Shown: piece by piece, positions 32,301 to 44,549 of the stretch | Numbering within the stretch: the first letter of the stretch is position 1 | Layout: each line of letters starts with the position of its first letter | DNA from: an uncultured delta proteobacterium | Lineage (GTDB): Bacteria; Desulfobacterota; WTBG01; CAIYCZ01 | Assembly: GCA_963803975.1 (NCBI GenBank) | Contig: CAWDOY010000047.1 | Span: 160,001 to 224,000, forward strand | Length of the DNA: 64,000 nt | Direction of reading: 5' to 3' | Notes under the pieces: model-generated | Told to the model about the DNA's origin: nothing | Databases searched by the model: none | The model's input: only the letters and a program-made list of their open reading frames with translations | Position numbers and translations under genes: made by a program

Positions 32301-33965
32301 CCCGTGCGCAGTGCTTTCCGGTATTCCTGCCACAAAGCTTCCCTGTCGATACCGTGGTCAATAAAATCCCACGGCAGAGTCTCGGAAAAATCCCTGGTGC
32401 GATAGACATAGAAATCAGGATTGAGCGGCACTTCTTTTAATACGCTGCTCCAGGTATTTCCTGTTTCCAGAGCCCGGATAAGAAATGCGCTGACACGCCG
32501 GTCCCCGCGGCTCAGGAGCGCCTGGAGGTACCCCCATTTGGGAATCTCATGGGTAACAGTAACCTTTTTCTCTTTTCTGAGTCCCCTGCTGATAATTGTC
32601 AAGCGCTGTTTGAGCTCGGCGCGGTCGGCAAAGGGGTGCCACTGAAACGGCGTGCATGGCTTGGGGACAAAAATGCCGACAGAAAGCGTTATCTGATTCA
32701 GCCACTTCTCTGCGCGCGCCTCTTTAAAATAGGTATGCTTAACGCGCCGCGTCAGGTCCGCGATTGCCTCTATGTCGTCTTTATCCTCGGTCGGAAGCCC
32801 GATCATAAAATAGAGCTTTATGTATTGAACTCGAGAGCGCGCCAGCATCTCCACTGCGCTGAACAGCTGCGCATTGCTCAGATCCTTGGCTAGTACCCGC
32901 CGCAGCCGTTCACTCCCGGTCTCAGGAGCTATGGTAAAGGTCTTATGCCCGCTTTCTGTCAGCTGGCGCACCAGGGAATCAGTGAGGGCATCACCGCGCA
33001 TAGATGAAATCGAGACCGATCCCCCGCGCTCAGCGATAGAGCGCATCAACAGCTCTATATCCGGGTGATCAGCCACTGCAGCCCCCAGCAGGCCAATCTT
33101 TTGTGCCGCGACCGGGCCTGCCAGCAGTTCCTGCTGTAAGGTGTCGGCGCTTCTGATGCGATACGGCCGGTAGACATGGCCTGCCGCGCAGAACCGGCAG
33201 CGCCGTGGACAGCCCCTGCTCACCTCGATGAGCGTCATGTTGCTGAATTCGGTGCCGGGCGTAGTCAGGCAGGAACAGGCGCTCACCTGATTCAGGTCTT
33301 TCACCCATCTGCGCCGTATGCGCGCAGGAAATCCCTTCTCCGGAGAAAACGCTTTAATCGTTCCGTTGTCATGGTAGGTGACCTGATAGGCCGAGGGGAT
33401 ATACACGCCGTCAATGCCGGCAAATTTTTTCAGCGCCGGCTTTATCCAGCGCGTTCCGCTGCGCTCTTCCCGCAGCACCGTGAGCACCTCTTCGAGCACT
33501 TCTTCTGCCTCACCGATAACAATCAGGTCAAAAATGTCTGCCAGCGGTTCGGGGTTCAAAAACAGAGCAACGCCGCCGCCGATAATTAACGGGGCATAGC
33601 TGTCGCGCTCCCGCTGCAGCGGTGCTATGCGCCCCTGCCTGAGCATGGTGAGGATATTGAGGTAATCAAGTTCAAAGGAGACCGAAAAGGCAATCACCGG
33701 GAAGGAATTGAGGGGCTGATGTGACTCAAGGGAGGAAAGCGGTGTGCGGTTTTGTTCCGCTGCGATGCTTCTATCCGGCAGAAATACCCGTTCGCATACT
33801 ACATCTGCGGCACGGTTGAGCTGCCGGTAGACGAACTGGAAGCCCAGGTTGGACATGCCGACATAAGTAGGTATTGGGAAAGGCCAGTGCAATTTTAAGC
33901 CTGCCGCCACCTGCCTTATGGACGGCGCCCGATTCTTCAGCCGGACCGGAAAGTGCTTTTTTCAA
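32297..33965 (-). CDS. Radical SAM protein with B12-binding-like N-terminus; 5' end frameshifted, start uncertain
   Basis: GMSNLGF, EVSRGCPRRCRFC (CxxxCxxC), APETGSERLR, YFMIGLP, FVPKPCTPFQW, LPWDFID. Confidence 0.88.
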
Positions 33966-34025
33966 TGACGCAGTAGCGATCCTCCCTGCAGGTAGTTTAT
34001 GCCGGCATGGTCTGTTGCCAGCGCC

Positions 34026-35199
34026 TTATTTATAATCAGCCTGATTGCGGATAAACGTGGGGATATCATACGCGCCGTCATCGGCAAATTCGCTGATAAT
34101 AGTCCCCAGCTTGATAACTTTGGCCGGCTCTTTGAACAATGCGCCGCTGAACCCTGCTGCATTCACCACCGGGGCATCACGGGTTAACCGGTTTGCTGCA
34201 AACTCGCTGCCGAACTGTTCTTGTAAAAGCTCGGCGGTGCCGGTCAAAGCCCGTGGCAATGACCGTTATCTGGATCCGGTCGCCGAGGGAATCATCGATA
34301 ACAGCACCGAATATAATATTTGAATCTTCATCATCATGGGCTTCCTGCTGAATGAGCGAGACCGCTTCATCCACCTCATGGAGAGACAGAGAACTGCTGC
34401 CGGCAATATTGATGAGCAGGCCCCGCGCACCGCTTATGGAAATGTCTTCCAGGAGCGGGCTGGAGATGGCCTTGCGGGCAGCTTCCTTGGCGCGGTCCTC
34501 GCCGCTTGCAATGCCGATGCCCATGAATGCCATGCCGCGCTCGCTCATGATGGTTTTAACATCGGCAAAATCAAGATTGATGAGGCCGGGAACGGTCACC
34601 AGGTCCGATATGGATTTGAGCCCGTGCAGGAGCACTTCATCAGCCATCTTGAAGCTTTCGACAAAGCTGGTCTGCCGCTCAACCACGCTGATGAGCCGCT
34701 GATTGGGAATGGCAATCAGGGAATCAACTTTATCAGCAAGTTCCTTTAATCCCTCCTCTGCTATGCGCCTGCGCCTCTTGCCTTCAAAGTTAAACGGCTT
34801 GGTGACGATAGCAACGGTGAGCGCTCCCAGCGCCTTGGCTGCCTCTGCTATGACCGGCGCAGCGCCGGTACCCGTGCCGCCGCCAAGTCCCGCGGCAATA
34901 AAAATCATATCCGCACCCTCAAGGCTCTCGCGGATTTTATCAATGTCCTCCAGGGCTGCATTCTTGCCAATGTGCGGATCAGCACCTGCTCCCAGACCTT
35001 TGGTCAGCGCTTCTCCCAGCTGCAGCCTGACCGAAGCCTTACTGTTTTTCAGCGCCTGCACATCAGTGTTTGCTGATATAAATTCAACGCCTTCCAGATT
35101 GGAAGCAATCATGGTGTTGATTGCATTACAGCCGCCGCCGCCAACACCAACGACCTTGAGCTTTGCCACCTGACCGGTTTTTTCTATGAATTCAAACAT
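34026..35199 (-). CDS. ftsZ: Cell division protein FtsZ; indel in the C-terminal linker
   Basis: GGGTGTG, NLDFADV, VIATG; conserved tail YDIPTFIR in the next frame. Confidence 0.98.
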
Positions 35200-35222
35200 A
35201 GGTTACCTCCCCCTTGCAAGTT

Positions 35223-36452
35223 TTATAGTACCTCTTCAAACCATTTTTTAACTTTTTGACCAAGCTTGCTCATCGCATGTTTGCCGCCGCCTCCCCCATT
35301 GACTCCATTTGTTTTTGCGCGGCTGCCGAACAACACCAATCCCACCCCGGTTGCATATATGGGGTTGTTCATAGCGTCGGTTAATCCCCCGACTCCCTGC
35401 GGGTAGCCAACACGAACCGGCAGATGCAATACCTGCTGCGCCAGTTCCTCGATTCCTTTCAGGAGGGCAGTGCCTCCGGTGATAACTGCTCCGGCGGACA
35501 GAAATTCCTTAAATCCTGATTTCAAAAGCTCCTTTTGCATGAGCGTCAGCATTTCTTCCATCCGCGGCTGAATAATCTGGCACAGCATTTTACGGGCAAT
35601 GGGGCGCGGTTTGTTTTCTCCAATGGTGGGCACGTCGATGGTCTCCTTGCTGTCAACCATCGACATCAGCGCGCACCCGTACTGCCGTTTTATGTCTTCT
35701 GCTGCTGACAGCGGCGAGCGCATACCTATGGCAATGTCTGAGGTGATGTGGTCTCCACCTAAGGGCAGCACCGCGGTGTAGCGAATACTGCCCTTGCTGA
35801 AAATGGCGATGTCCGTGGTGCCGCCGCCGATATCAATGAGCATCACGCCAAGCTCCTTTTCATCTTCAGTGAGCACTGATTCCCCTGATGCCAGCGGCTG
35901 CAGCACGATATCCTGCACATTAAGCCCGGTACGGTTGGTGCAGCGGATAATATTCTGCGCCGAAGTCACCGAACCGGTCACAATATGCACGCGTGCTTCA
36001 AGCCGACCGCCGGAAAGTCCCAGCGGGTCTTTAATCCCATCCTGATCGTCGACGACAAACTCCTGGGGCAGTATATGAATAACTTCCCGGTCCATGGGAA
36101 TCACCACTGATTTGGCAGCGTCCATGGCGCGCCGTATATCCCCCTTTTTCACTTCTTTATCTTTAATGGGTATAACACCGTTGCTGTTAAATCCTTTAAT
36201 ATGGCTGCCGGCAATTCCGGTAACGACGGTTTTAATGTTGAAGCCGACGCTTTTTTCCGCTTCTTCAACCGCCTTTTTTATTGATTCCACCGTACTGTCC
36301 ATGTTGATGATGACGCCTTTTTTAATCCCGCGCGACGGCTGTAATCCGCAACCAATGATAGTGATGCCGTTCTCGCGCACCTCGCCAACAACAGTGCAGA
36401 TTTTGGTGGTTCCTATATCAAGACCAACGATGGTCTCGGGATTCTTACTCAT
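35223..36452 (-). CDS. ftsA: Cell division protein FtsA
   Basis: GLDIGTTK, DIGGGTTD, C-terminal amphipathic KKWFEEVL. Confidence 0.98.
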   Translation of the reverse strand: MSKNPETIVGLDIGTTKICTVVGEVRENGITIIGCGLQPSRGIKKGVIINMDSTVESIKKAVEEAEKSVGFNIKTVVTGIAGSHIKGFNSNGVIPIKDKEVKKGDIRRAMDAAKSVVIPMDREVIHILPQEFVVDDQDGIKDPLGLSGGRLEARVHIVTGSVTSAQNIIRCTNRTGLNVQDIVLQPLASGESVLTEDEKELGVMLIDIGGGTTDIAIFSKGSIRYTAVLPLGGDHITSDIAIGMRSPLSAAEDIKRQYGCALMSMVDSKETIDVPTIGENKPRPIARKMLCQIIQPRMEEMLTLMQKELLKSGFKEFLSAGAVITGGTALLKGIEELAQQVLHLPVRVGYPQGVGGLTDAMNNPIYATGVGLVLFGSRAKTNGVNGGGGGKHAMSKLGQKVKKWFEEVL

Positions 36453-36522
36453 GGGAACTCCTCCGGTATAAACTCTTATCTGCTACGAGGCAGTTCTTGG
36501 TATCTGATAATTGTGGAAAGCT

Positions 36523-36569
36523 ATACCACAAATAGTAGGAAAATTTCCAATAAATACTATATATAGTAA
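36523..36569. promoter_or_regulatory. Tandem NrdR-like boxes upstream of ftsA
   Basis: ATACCACAAATAGTAG (36523) and ATACTATATATAGTAA (36554), 31 bp apart; the second overlaps a minus-strand TTGAAA-16-TAGTAT promoter candidate. Confidence 0.7.
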
Positions 36570-36609
36570 AATTATTTTCAAGCCCTTTGTCACGCCGGGC
36601 ATTTTATGA

Positions 36610-37407
36610 TTATCCTTTCACCGTAACATATGCTTTTTGAGCTGATTTTAAATGAATCGTTTCAGGCGCCAGCCCTTTGTTTTTAAGGTCATCAACTATT
36701 TTCCACAGCGCTTCCATCTTCTCCGCAAAGTCCCCGAACCCGACATATATTGCCATACGTTCAGGAGCGGTGATAATGGTAAAACCTGCTGTTTTATCTA
36801 TGGTTATTTCAATCTCTGACCCTTTAAAGCGCTGGTCCTGTGCTATGGAGTCAAGCAAACCCAGAGCACTGCGGATCAGGTGCTGGCAATGCTCGCTGTC
36901 GCGGTAGAGGTCGTCTTTAGAAAGCCCGCTCAGGAGCGGGTAGTTAAGCTCAGCGGCCTGCGCCTTTTTGTAAATCTCGCCCCGCGCATCGACCAGATAA
37001 AAATCTTCCAGCCTGATAACAGCCCGCGGTTTTCTCTCCTCCACATATATTTCCAGGGTGTTGGGGAGTTTTCGCTCGAGCACTGCTTTATATATATAGG
37101 GATACTGTTCAAGCTGTGAGCTTTTCTGGTTGAGATTGACTGAGAGCAGGTTCATGCCTTTTTGGATCTGAGCCTGGGCCATAATGTCTTCAGGGCTGGT
37201 CAGGGTGCAGCCGAAAATCTTTAATTCTCTCAGTTCAAACAAACTGCTCTGCCGGACGAAGGGTGCGCCTGTTAGTACCAGCGCCACGATAGCGATAACA
37301 ACACCGATCCCTGCCAGCAGTTCTTTTTTATCCTGCAGGCCCGCCCTGCGTCCGGCCCTGGCCGGCTTTTTATATGATGGTTTCCTTTTCCGGGTAAAAA
37401 GATTCAT
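36610..37407 (-). CDS. ftsQ: Cell division protein FtsQ/DivIB
   Basis: Basic N-terminus, single TM, POTRA domain (LPNTLEIYVEERKP); position in the dcw cluster. Confidence 0.9.
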   Translation of the reverse strand: MNLFTRKRKPSYKKPARAGRRAGLQDKKELLAGIGVVIAIVALVLTGAPFVRQSSLFELRELKIFGCTLTSPEDIMAQAQIQKGMNLLSVNLNQKSSQLEQYPYIYKAVLERKLPNTLEIYVEERKPRAVIRLEDFYLVDARGEIYKKAQAAELNYPLLSGLSKDDLYRDSEHCQHLIRSALGLLDSIAQDQRFKGSEIEITIDKTAGFTIITAPERMAIYVGFGDFAEKMEALWKIVDDLKNKGLAPETIHLKSAQKAYVTVKG

Positions 37408-37420
37408 GTCTGTTCCGCCG

Positions 37421-38416
37421 TTACCTGGTTGGTGGCGTGTGTTTGTGCAGAGCAGCACTCCACAACATGTTTTCCACCAGATCCGGAAAATCGATTCCTG
37501 CCTTACCGGCTGCTTTGGGCAGCAGGCTGGTCTCGGTCATTCCCGGCACGGTATTGACCTCAAGAATCAAAGGGTTGCCGCCCCGGTCAACCATGAAGTC
37601 TACCCGTGCTGCACCGCTGCACCCGAGGGCCTGAAACGCACGCAGCGCCAGGTCCTGTATCGCCATCTCCCGTTCAGCGCCCAGCCAGTCAGGAAAAACA
37701 TATTCAGTTTCACCCTTCTGGTATTTGGCCTGGTAATCATAAAAACCATTGCGGGGAATAATTTCTATAAGGGGCAACGGCCGGTCATTGAGTATCCCCG
37801 CGGTAACTTCCCTGCCGGTAATAAATTCTTCAATGAGCAGCTCGGTGCCGAAGCGCAGTGCGGTCTCAAGCGCCGGCAGCAGTTCCTCCCGGGTCCTGAC
37901 AATGCTCACGCCGATGGTTGAGCCCTCTTCAGAGGGCTTGACAATCATCGGGCAGGGAATGCGTATATCAGCCAGCAGGTCGCCTGCGCCTCCCGGTGCC
38001 GCGCACAGCGACTGAAACCCCGGCGTTGGCAGGCCATGGTAGGAAAATATTTTTTTAGCCGCCACCTTGTTCATTGCCAGTGCACTGGCAAGCACTCCTG
38101 ACCCGGTATAGGGTATGTGCAGAATTTCGAGCAGCCCCTGGATCGCTCCATCTTCTCCCAGTGCGCCGTGGAGCGCGATAAAGCCTGCCTCGACTGCTGC
38201 GGCCTGCAGTTTGTTTACCACCTCCCGGTCCGCATCAATGGCAACCGCGGTATACTCTTTATGCTGCAGCGCCTTGAGAATGGCGCTCCCGGTTCTGAGG
38301 GATATCTCCCGCTCCGATGACAGGCCGCCCATGAGCACCCCGATCTTGGTGTGCCGGAAGCGTTCCCTGAGCACGTCAGGGGGCTGCGGCGCCTGCTTTG
38401 TGGTACGGTTCTCCAT
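37421..38416 (-). CDS. ddl: D-alanine-D-alanine ligase
   Basis: GGLSSEREIS, LHGALGEDG, EGSTIG, LEVNTVPGMT. Confidence 0.97.
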   Translation of the reverse strand: MENRTTKQAPQPPDVLRERFRHTKIGVLMGGLSSEREISLRTGSAILKALQHKEYTAVAIDADREVVNKLQAAAVEAGFIALHGALGEDGAIQGLLEILHIPYTGSGVLASALAMNKVAAKKIFSYHGLPTPGFQSLCAAPGGAGDLLADIRIPCPMIVKPSEEGSTIGVSIVRTREELLPALETALRFGTELLIEEFITGREVTAGILNDRPLPLIEIIPRNGFYDYQAKYQKGETEYVFPDWLGAEREMAIQDLALRAFQALGCSGAARVDFMVDRGGNPLILEVNTVPGMTETSLLPKAAGKAGIDFPDLVENMLWSAALHKHTPPTR

Positions 38417-38473
38417 GCAGTGCTTCTTTCACTTATTATTTCTATTGCTGCGTGCCGGCCGAAGCCTCTGGTA

Positions 38474-39845
38474 TTATCCGGGCAGTTCCTGCATCAGCGT
38501 CTCGCCTGCCTTCCACACATCACCTGCTCCCAGGGTGAGGACAATATCGCCGGTTTTCAGGATGCTCTTGAGATGTGCCCTCATCTCGTCCCCCGGGGAG
38601 ATGTGGGTCACGTCCTTGCATCCGTAGTCTTTCGAGCCCTTCACATAAGCCCTGGGCCGTCACCTCGGGGATCGGGCTTTCACCGGCAGGATAAATGTCG
38701 GTCACCAGAAGAACATCCGCGTCGTAAAATGCGACCATGAATTCGCGGTAGAGATCCCTGGTGCGGGTGTAGCGGTGCGGCTGAAACACCACCACGAGCC
38801 TTCTCTGCCATACTTCCTTTGCCGTGCGCAGGGTGGTCTTAATTTCAGTAGGGTGATGCCCGTAATCATCAACCCAGATAATCCCCTGCTTTTCCTCACG
38901 CACCTGGAACCGCCGCTGCACGCCCCGGAACTGGGCCAGCGCTTCCTGGATGACCGCGAACGGCACCTTGAGCTCAAGGCCCACCGCGATGGCGGCAAGG
39001 GAATTGTATACATTGTGTATGCCGGGAATTTTCTGCTCCACCGTGCCCAGCAGCTGGTCATGCTGCCACACCGAAAAACTGCTCTGAAATCCCTGGAGCG
39101 AAATATCGCGCGCCTGCAGGTCTGCCTGTGCGGCACACCCGTAGGTCAGAAAACGCTTCCTGATTTTCGGTATGATGCTCTGCAGGTTCTCATTATCCAG
39201 GCAGATGACCGACAGCCCGTAGAAGGGGACTTTATTGATGAATTCGAGAAAGGTCTTCTTGATGTCCTGGATGTTTTTATAGAAATCCATGTGCTCGCGG
39301 TCTATGTTGGTCACTACGGCGATGGTCGGCGAGAGCTTGAGGAACGACCCGTCACTCTCATCTGCTTCCGCGACCAGAAAGTCGCCCGATCCAAGCTGGG
39401 CGTTGGTATTGGTGGTGTTGAGCCGCCCGCCGATGACAACCGTCGGGTCAATGCCGCCGTGGCCGAGTACTGCGGCAACAAGTGAGGTGGTGGTGGTCTT
39501 GCCGTGCGCACCGGCGACAGCGATGCCGTATTTCAGCCGCATCAGCTCTGCAAGCATTTCAGCGCGGGGAATAACCGGTATGCTGCGCTCCTGCGCGGCC
39601 AGGAGTTCAGGGTTATCAGGCCTGACGGCCGATGATATAACCACCACGTCAACGTCGGTTATGTTTTCCGGCAGATGCCCGTCATAAACCGTTGCCCCCA
39701 GTGATGCCAGGCGCTGGGTGATATCAGTGCGCTTCACATCAGAGCCGCTCACCCGGTATCCCAGGTTAAGCAGCAGCTCGGCAATGCCGCTCATGCCGAT
39801 GCCGCCGATGCCGACGAAATGGATATGCTGGTCTTTCTTATACAT
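38474..39845 (-). CDS. murC: UDP-N-acetylmuramate-L-alanine ligase; indel near 38620
   Basis: [38 protein letters not shown]. Confidence 0.97.
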
Positions 39846-39889
39846 GGCGCCTCAAAAAACAGTTACTATACGATTGCATGAATCTATAT

Positions 39890-40993
39890 TTAATGAAATA
39901 TTCTTCTCTGTTTACGTCCCCGTCGGGCAACAAGCTCATAGCAGTGATCAACAATCTCCCGGGCTGCCTGCGGTTTTGCCAGGCTTCGCGCCTGCTTCTC
40001 CATCACCTCCAGCTGCTCGCGGTGTGATTCCGCATAAATAATTGCCTGCGCCAGCTTCTCCCCCGACAGCTCAGCCGAGAGAATCATCTGTGCCGCACCA
40101 CGGTCAGCAAGGACCCGGGCATTTTTTTCCTGATGATTATTGGCTGCGTGCGGATACGGCACCAGAAGCGCCGCCCTCCCGCAGAAGGCGAGTTCCGCAA
40201 GGGTTGCGGCACCGGCCCGCGATAGTACCAGATGGGCTTTGCCGTAGGCGCTCGTCATGTCATCGATAAAGGAAATAATCTGCGCGTCCAGCCCGTGCTT
40301 TCCGTAAACGCCGGCAAGCATTGCCGCATCAGCTGCTCCGCTCTGGTGGATAATGCGGACCCGCTCTTTAAGGGCTGCAAGATGCGGAACCGCTTCTGCC
40401 ACTGCCTCATTTATTTCATGGGAGCCCTGGCTTCCGCCCAGCACCAGGATGGTGAACACGCTGTCGCGAACAGGCATCCGGTGCTCAAGAAGCGTGCGCC
40501 GCAGCGGCATCCCGGTGAAGACCGTTTTATCCTGAGGAAAAAAAGAGCTGCTCTCCTCGTAGGAAACAAACACCCGGTCCGCATAATTTCCCAGTATCCG
40601 GTTGCTTAAGCCGGGAAAGCTGTTCTGCTCGTGAATCACCGCGGGTGTCCCCTGAAGCGCTGCAGCCATGACCGCAGGAGCTGATACATAGCCGCCGACC
40701 CCGCACACAATGTCGGCATTAAACCGGCGCAGGCAGTTCCGGGACTGCAGCAATGCTCCGGGCAGCAGCAGCAGAGAAAGCATCTGGCCTGCCATTCCCT
40801 TCCCCTTGAGCCCCTTCACCCGTATGGTCTGCAGCGCAAATCCGAGCTGCGGCACGATGCGCGCTTCAAGACCGTGACTGGTGCCGATGAACAGTATGGC
40901 GTTTTCCGGGTCACGCTGCAAAAACTCCTCTGCGATGGCAATCCCGGGGAACAGGTGCCCGCCGGTACCTCCTCCTGCAACTGCCATATTCAT
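39890..40993 (-). CDS. murG: MurG glycosyltransferase
   Basis: GGGTGGHLFP, HEQN, GGSQG, HQEKNA. Confidence 0.97.
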   Translation of the reverse strand: MNMAVAGGGTGGHLFPGIAIAEEFLQRDPENAILFIGTSHGLEARIVPQLGFALQTIRVKGLKGKGMAGQMLSLLLLPGALLQSRNCLRRFNADIVCGVGGYVSAPAVMAAALQGTPAVIHEQNSFPGLSNRILGNYADRVFVSYEESSSFFPQDKTVFTGMPLRRTLLEHRMPVRDSVFTILVLGGSQGSHEINEAVAEAVPHLAALKERVRIIHQSGAADAAMLAGVYGKHGLDAQIISFIDDMTSAYGKAHLVLSRAGAATLAELAFCGRAALLVPYPHAANNHQEKNARVLADRGAAQMILSAELSGEKLAQAIIYAESHREQLEVMEKQARSLAKPQAAREIVDHCYELVARRGRKQRRIFH

Positions 40994-42103
40994 TGTCGTA
41001 CCCGACAGTCACTCTGATCTGAAATGCCCACCAGTATGCCGACACTCAGAAGATTCATCAAGAGCGATGTCCCCCCGTAACTGATGAAGGGAAGCGTTGT
41101 TCCTTTGGTCGGCATCAGCCCCATGACCACATCCATATTGATAATTGCCTGCAGCCCGATAAGAAACGTGATGCCGAGGGCCAGATAGGTGCCAAACAGA
41201 TCGCAGGCATTCAATGCTATCTGCAGCCCGCAATAGAGAATGGCGCCAAACAGCACAATAACGCCCAGCACCCCGATGCAGCCCGATTTCTTCCCCGATA
41301 ACCGACAGTATAAAATCCGTGTGCGGCTCGGGAAGATAGAGCAGCTTCTGCGTCCCGCAGCCCAGTCCCCTGCCCCACAGCCCTCCTGATCCAAAGGCCA
41401 GAAGCGACTGCACCACATGGTAGCCGGCCCCCTTATAATGGGCCCACGGGTCAAGGAAGGCAAAAATTCTCTGTATGCGGTATGCTCCTTTATACATAAC
41501 CAGCGGCAGCGCAGCGACGGTTGCAAGCACAATCAGAGAAACAAGATAGCTCCGGGGAACGCCGGCAACAAACAGAAACGCAAACAGGAGCAGAATAAAT
41601 ATTATGGCAGTTCCGAAATCCGGCTGCAGCAGCACCAGGCCTGCAATCGGCAGCACCACCATGAGATGGGGCAGCACGCCGATCGAAAAAATCCGTATGT
41701 TCTGTTCTTTCTTTTCCAGGGAATAGGAGAGAAATATGATCACCGCAAGCTTGGCAAACTCTGACGGCTGGAAGGAGAATAAACTGAACCCGAGCCACCG
41801 GCACGCACCGCCGGCCTTTTTTCCGACGCCCGGTATAAAGACCGCCAGCAGCAGGGCAACGCTGATGAATAAAAACGGGTAGGCAAATCTCCGGTACTGC
41901 CGGTAGGGAACGCGCATGATGAGGAGCATGCCGATAATGCCGGCGATGGCAAAGATCACCTGCTTTTTCAAAAACAAGGTGCCATCGTTAAAGCGTTCTG
42001 CAGCATTAATACAGCTGGCACTGTACACCATGCATATGCCCATGATGACCAGCGTCACCGGCACAAAGATGAGAATATTGTGTATCAGGCGTTTGTTATA
42101 CAT
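40990..42103 (-). CDS. ftsW: SEDS peptidoglycan polymerase FtsW; indel near 41280
   Basis: QPSEFAK, QPDFG, LPEPHTDF, LPFISYGG. Confidence 0.96.
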
Positions 42104-42108
42104 ACCGC

Positions 42109-43461
42109 TTAAGCGTTCAGTTTTTTCACCAGCTCTTTAAAGCATTCTCCCCGGTGTGCGTAGCTGGTAAACATATCAAAGCTTGAGCAGGCCGGAGAAA
42201 ACAGGATGGTATCGCCCGGCATCGCCTTGCCAAAGGCCACGCGCACGGCCTCTTCAAGAGAGGAGACCATTTCCGTTTCCACCTCGCTGCCCAGTTCTGC
42301 AAATATTTTCTCCCGGGCTTCCCCCAGAAGAACCAGTGCTTTTGTTTTAGTCCGGATAAGCTCTCTCAGGGGCTCGTAGCTGCCGCCCTTATCCTTTCCT
42401 CCGGCAATGAGAATGAGCGGCGGGGCAAGGCTCTCCAGCGACTTAACCACTGCTCCCACATTGGTTGCCTTTGAGTCATTGTAGAAGGCAACCCCCTGAA
42501 TCTCATCCACAAACTCCATGCGGTGCGTGAGTCCGGCAAAGCCCGTGAGGCTCTGCTGGATGCTCTGTTCCGGCAGCATGCACACCGCGCCGACCGCAGC
42601 TGCGGCCATCATGTTCTCAATATTATGGATACCTTTCAGGAGCGCATCTCTGACCGTAAATCGTACTTCAGTCCCCTGGTAGCGGAGGTGCAGGTCACCA
42701 TTATAAAAAGCTCCCGCAGGGACCGCCTGCCGGATGCTGAAAAAAAGCTTCTGTGCCCGCACCTCATTTTCCAGGGCCATTACCCGGGAGTCATCAAAAT
42801 TAAGAATCGCCGTATCTTCGGCTCCCTGATTCATAAAGATGCGGTTCTTGGCCGCGATATAGTCAGCAAAAGACTGGTAGCGGTCCAGATGATCCTCGGT
42901 GATGTTGAGCATTACGCTGACGTACGGTCTGAAGGAGGTAATGGCCTCCAGTTGAAAGCTGCTTATTTCAGCAATAACAAAGTCATCTTCCTGGGGCCCG
43001 GCAACATAGTCTATGAGGGGGGTCCCGATATTGCCGCCGACAAAGACGCGCTTTCCAGCATCCCTGAACATCTCGCCAAGCAGCGCGGTGGTGGTGGTTT
43101 TGCCGTTGGTGCCGGTAATCGCGATGAGGGGCGTTTTCAAGAAACGATAGGCAAGCTCTATTTCGCTTATGATTTCAATGCCCCGCTCCTGCGCCGCCTG
43201 TAGCGGCGCAATCTCCAGCGGCACCCCGGGGCTCATCACGATGAGCTCTGCGGCAAGAAAGGTTTTGAGCTGGTGGCCGCCGGTCTCAAGCACAACCCCT
43301 TTCCCGGCCAGCTCCCGGCATGCTGCTGCTTGTTCTTCCGCCTCCTGTGCATCGGAAATGGTTACCCGCGCTCCCCGGCCAAGCAAAAACCGGGCACTGG
43401 CAATACCGGTCCGTGCCATGCCGACCACGAGAACGTTTTTCCCTTGCAGTTCCATCCTCAC
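42109..43461 (-). CDS. murD: MurD ligase
   Basis: [34 protein letters not shown]. Confidence 0.97.
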   Translation of the reverse strand: MRMELQGKNVLVVGMARTGIASARFLLGRGARVTISDAQEAEEQAAACRELAGKGVVLETGGHQLKTFLAAELIVMSPGVPLEIAPLQAAQERGIEIISEIELAYRFLKTPLIAITGTNGKTTTTALLGEMFRDAGKRVFVGGNIGTPLIDYVAGPQEDDFVIAEISSFQLEAITSFRPYVSVMLNITEDHLDRYQSFADYIAAKNRIFMNQGAEDTAILNFDDSRVMALENEVRAQKLFFSIRQAVPAGAFYNGDLHLRYQGTEVRFTVRDALLKGIHNIENMMAAAAVGAVCMLPEQSIQQSLTGFAGLTHRMEFVDEIQGVAFYNDSKATNVGAVVKSLESLAPPLILIAGGKDKGGSYEPLRELIRTKTKALVLLGEAREKIFAELGSEVETEMVSSLEEAVRVAFGKAMPGDTILFSPACSSFDMFTSYAHRGECFKELVKKLNA

Positions 43462-44534
43462 CTCAGCTTTAAGGTACTCATTGCCAGCAGCGCCAGCACG
43501 GTACCCGCAATCCAGAACCGGACAATGATTTTTGGCTCAGTTAGCCCTTTCAGCTCAAAATGGTGGTGCAGCGGGGCCATCTGAAAAATACGTTTTCCGC
43601 GCAGCTTAAAGGAGCTTACCTGAAAGATGACCGAAAGCGCCTCGATGACAAAGATTCCTCCCACAATTGCCAGCAGTATTTCATGTTTGGTAATGATAGC
43701 AACGGTGCCAAGGGATCCTCCCAGCGCCAGGGAGCCGACGTCTCCCATGAATACCTCGGCGGGATAGGCATTGTACCAGAGAAAGCCCATGCTGGCGCCG
43801 ATCAGCGCGCCGCAGAATACGGTCAGCTCGCCGCTGCCGGAAACATAGGTGATCTGCAGGTAGTCGGCAATGCGCACATTACCTGAAATATAGGAAAACA
43901 GCATATAGGTGGCCGACACCAGGAGCACCAGCCCTATGGCCAGCCCGTCCAGGCCATCAGTAAGGTTCACCGCATCAGAGCAGCCCACAATAACCACTAC
44001 CACAAAGGCGAGATAGAAGATTCCCAGGTCAGGCAGTATGTTTTTAAAAAACGGCACACTCAAATTGGTGTTCCAGCTGGGAAGCATATACAGATAGAGC
44101 GCAATCACCGCTCCGACAGCCGTCTGCAGCATGATTTTCTGCCGGGCGGTTATACCTTTGGCGTTTTTTCCCTTGATCTTTTTCCAGTCATCGAGCAGGC
44201 CGATGGCGCCCATGCCCACCAGCGCAAAGAGCACCAGCCAGATATACTGGTTGGTAAGATCAGCCCACAGGCAGGTTGACGTGACTATGGCAAACAGGAT
44301 CAGAATGCCGCCGGCAGTCGGGGTGCCCTGCTTTTTGTGGTGCGTTGCGGGCCCGTCCTCCCTGATATACTGCCCGAAGTTAATCCGGCGCAGCTTCTTG
44401 ACAACGAACGGCCCCAGAATAAGCGTGAGCAGAAGCGCCGTCACCGTTGCGTATATGGCGCGAAACGTGATATAGCGGAATACATTAAAAAAGCTGAAAT
44501 ATACATGTAGCGGATATAACAGATAGTACAGCAT
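43458..44534 (-). CDS. mraY: Phospho-N-acetylmuramoyl-pentapeptide transferase
   Basis: [32 protein letters not shown]. Confidence 0.98.
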   Translation of the reverse strand: MLYYLLYPLHVYFSFFNVFRYITFRAIYATVTALLLTLILGPFVVKKLRRINFGQYIREDGPATHHKKQGTPTAGGILILFAIVTSTCLWADLTNQYIWLVLFALVGMGAIGLLDDWKKIKGKNAKGITARQKIMLQTAVGAVIALYLYMLPSWNTNLSVPFFKNILPDLGIFYLAFVVVVIVGCSDAVNLTDGLDGLAIGLVLLVSATYMLFSYISGNVRIADYLQITYVSGSGELTVFCGALIGASMGFLWYNAYPAEVFMGDVGSLALGGSLGTVAIITKHEILLAIVGGIFVIEALSVIFQVSSFKLRGKRIFQMAPLHHHFELKGLTEPKIIVRFWIAGTVLALLAMSTLKLR

Positions 44535-44549
44535 GCTCCCTCAAACCGG

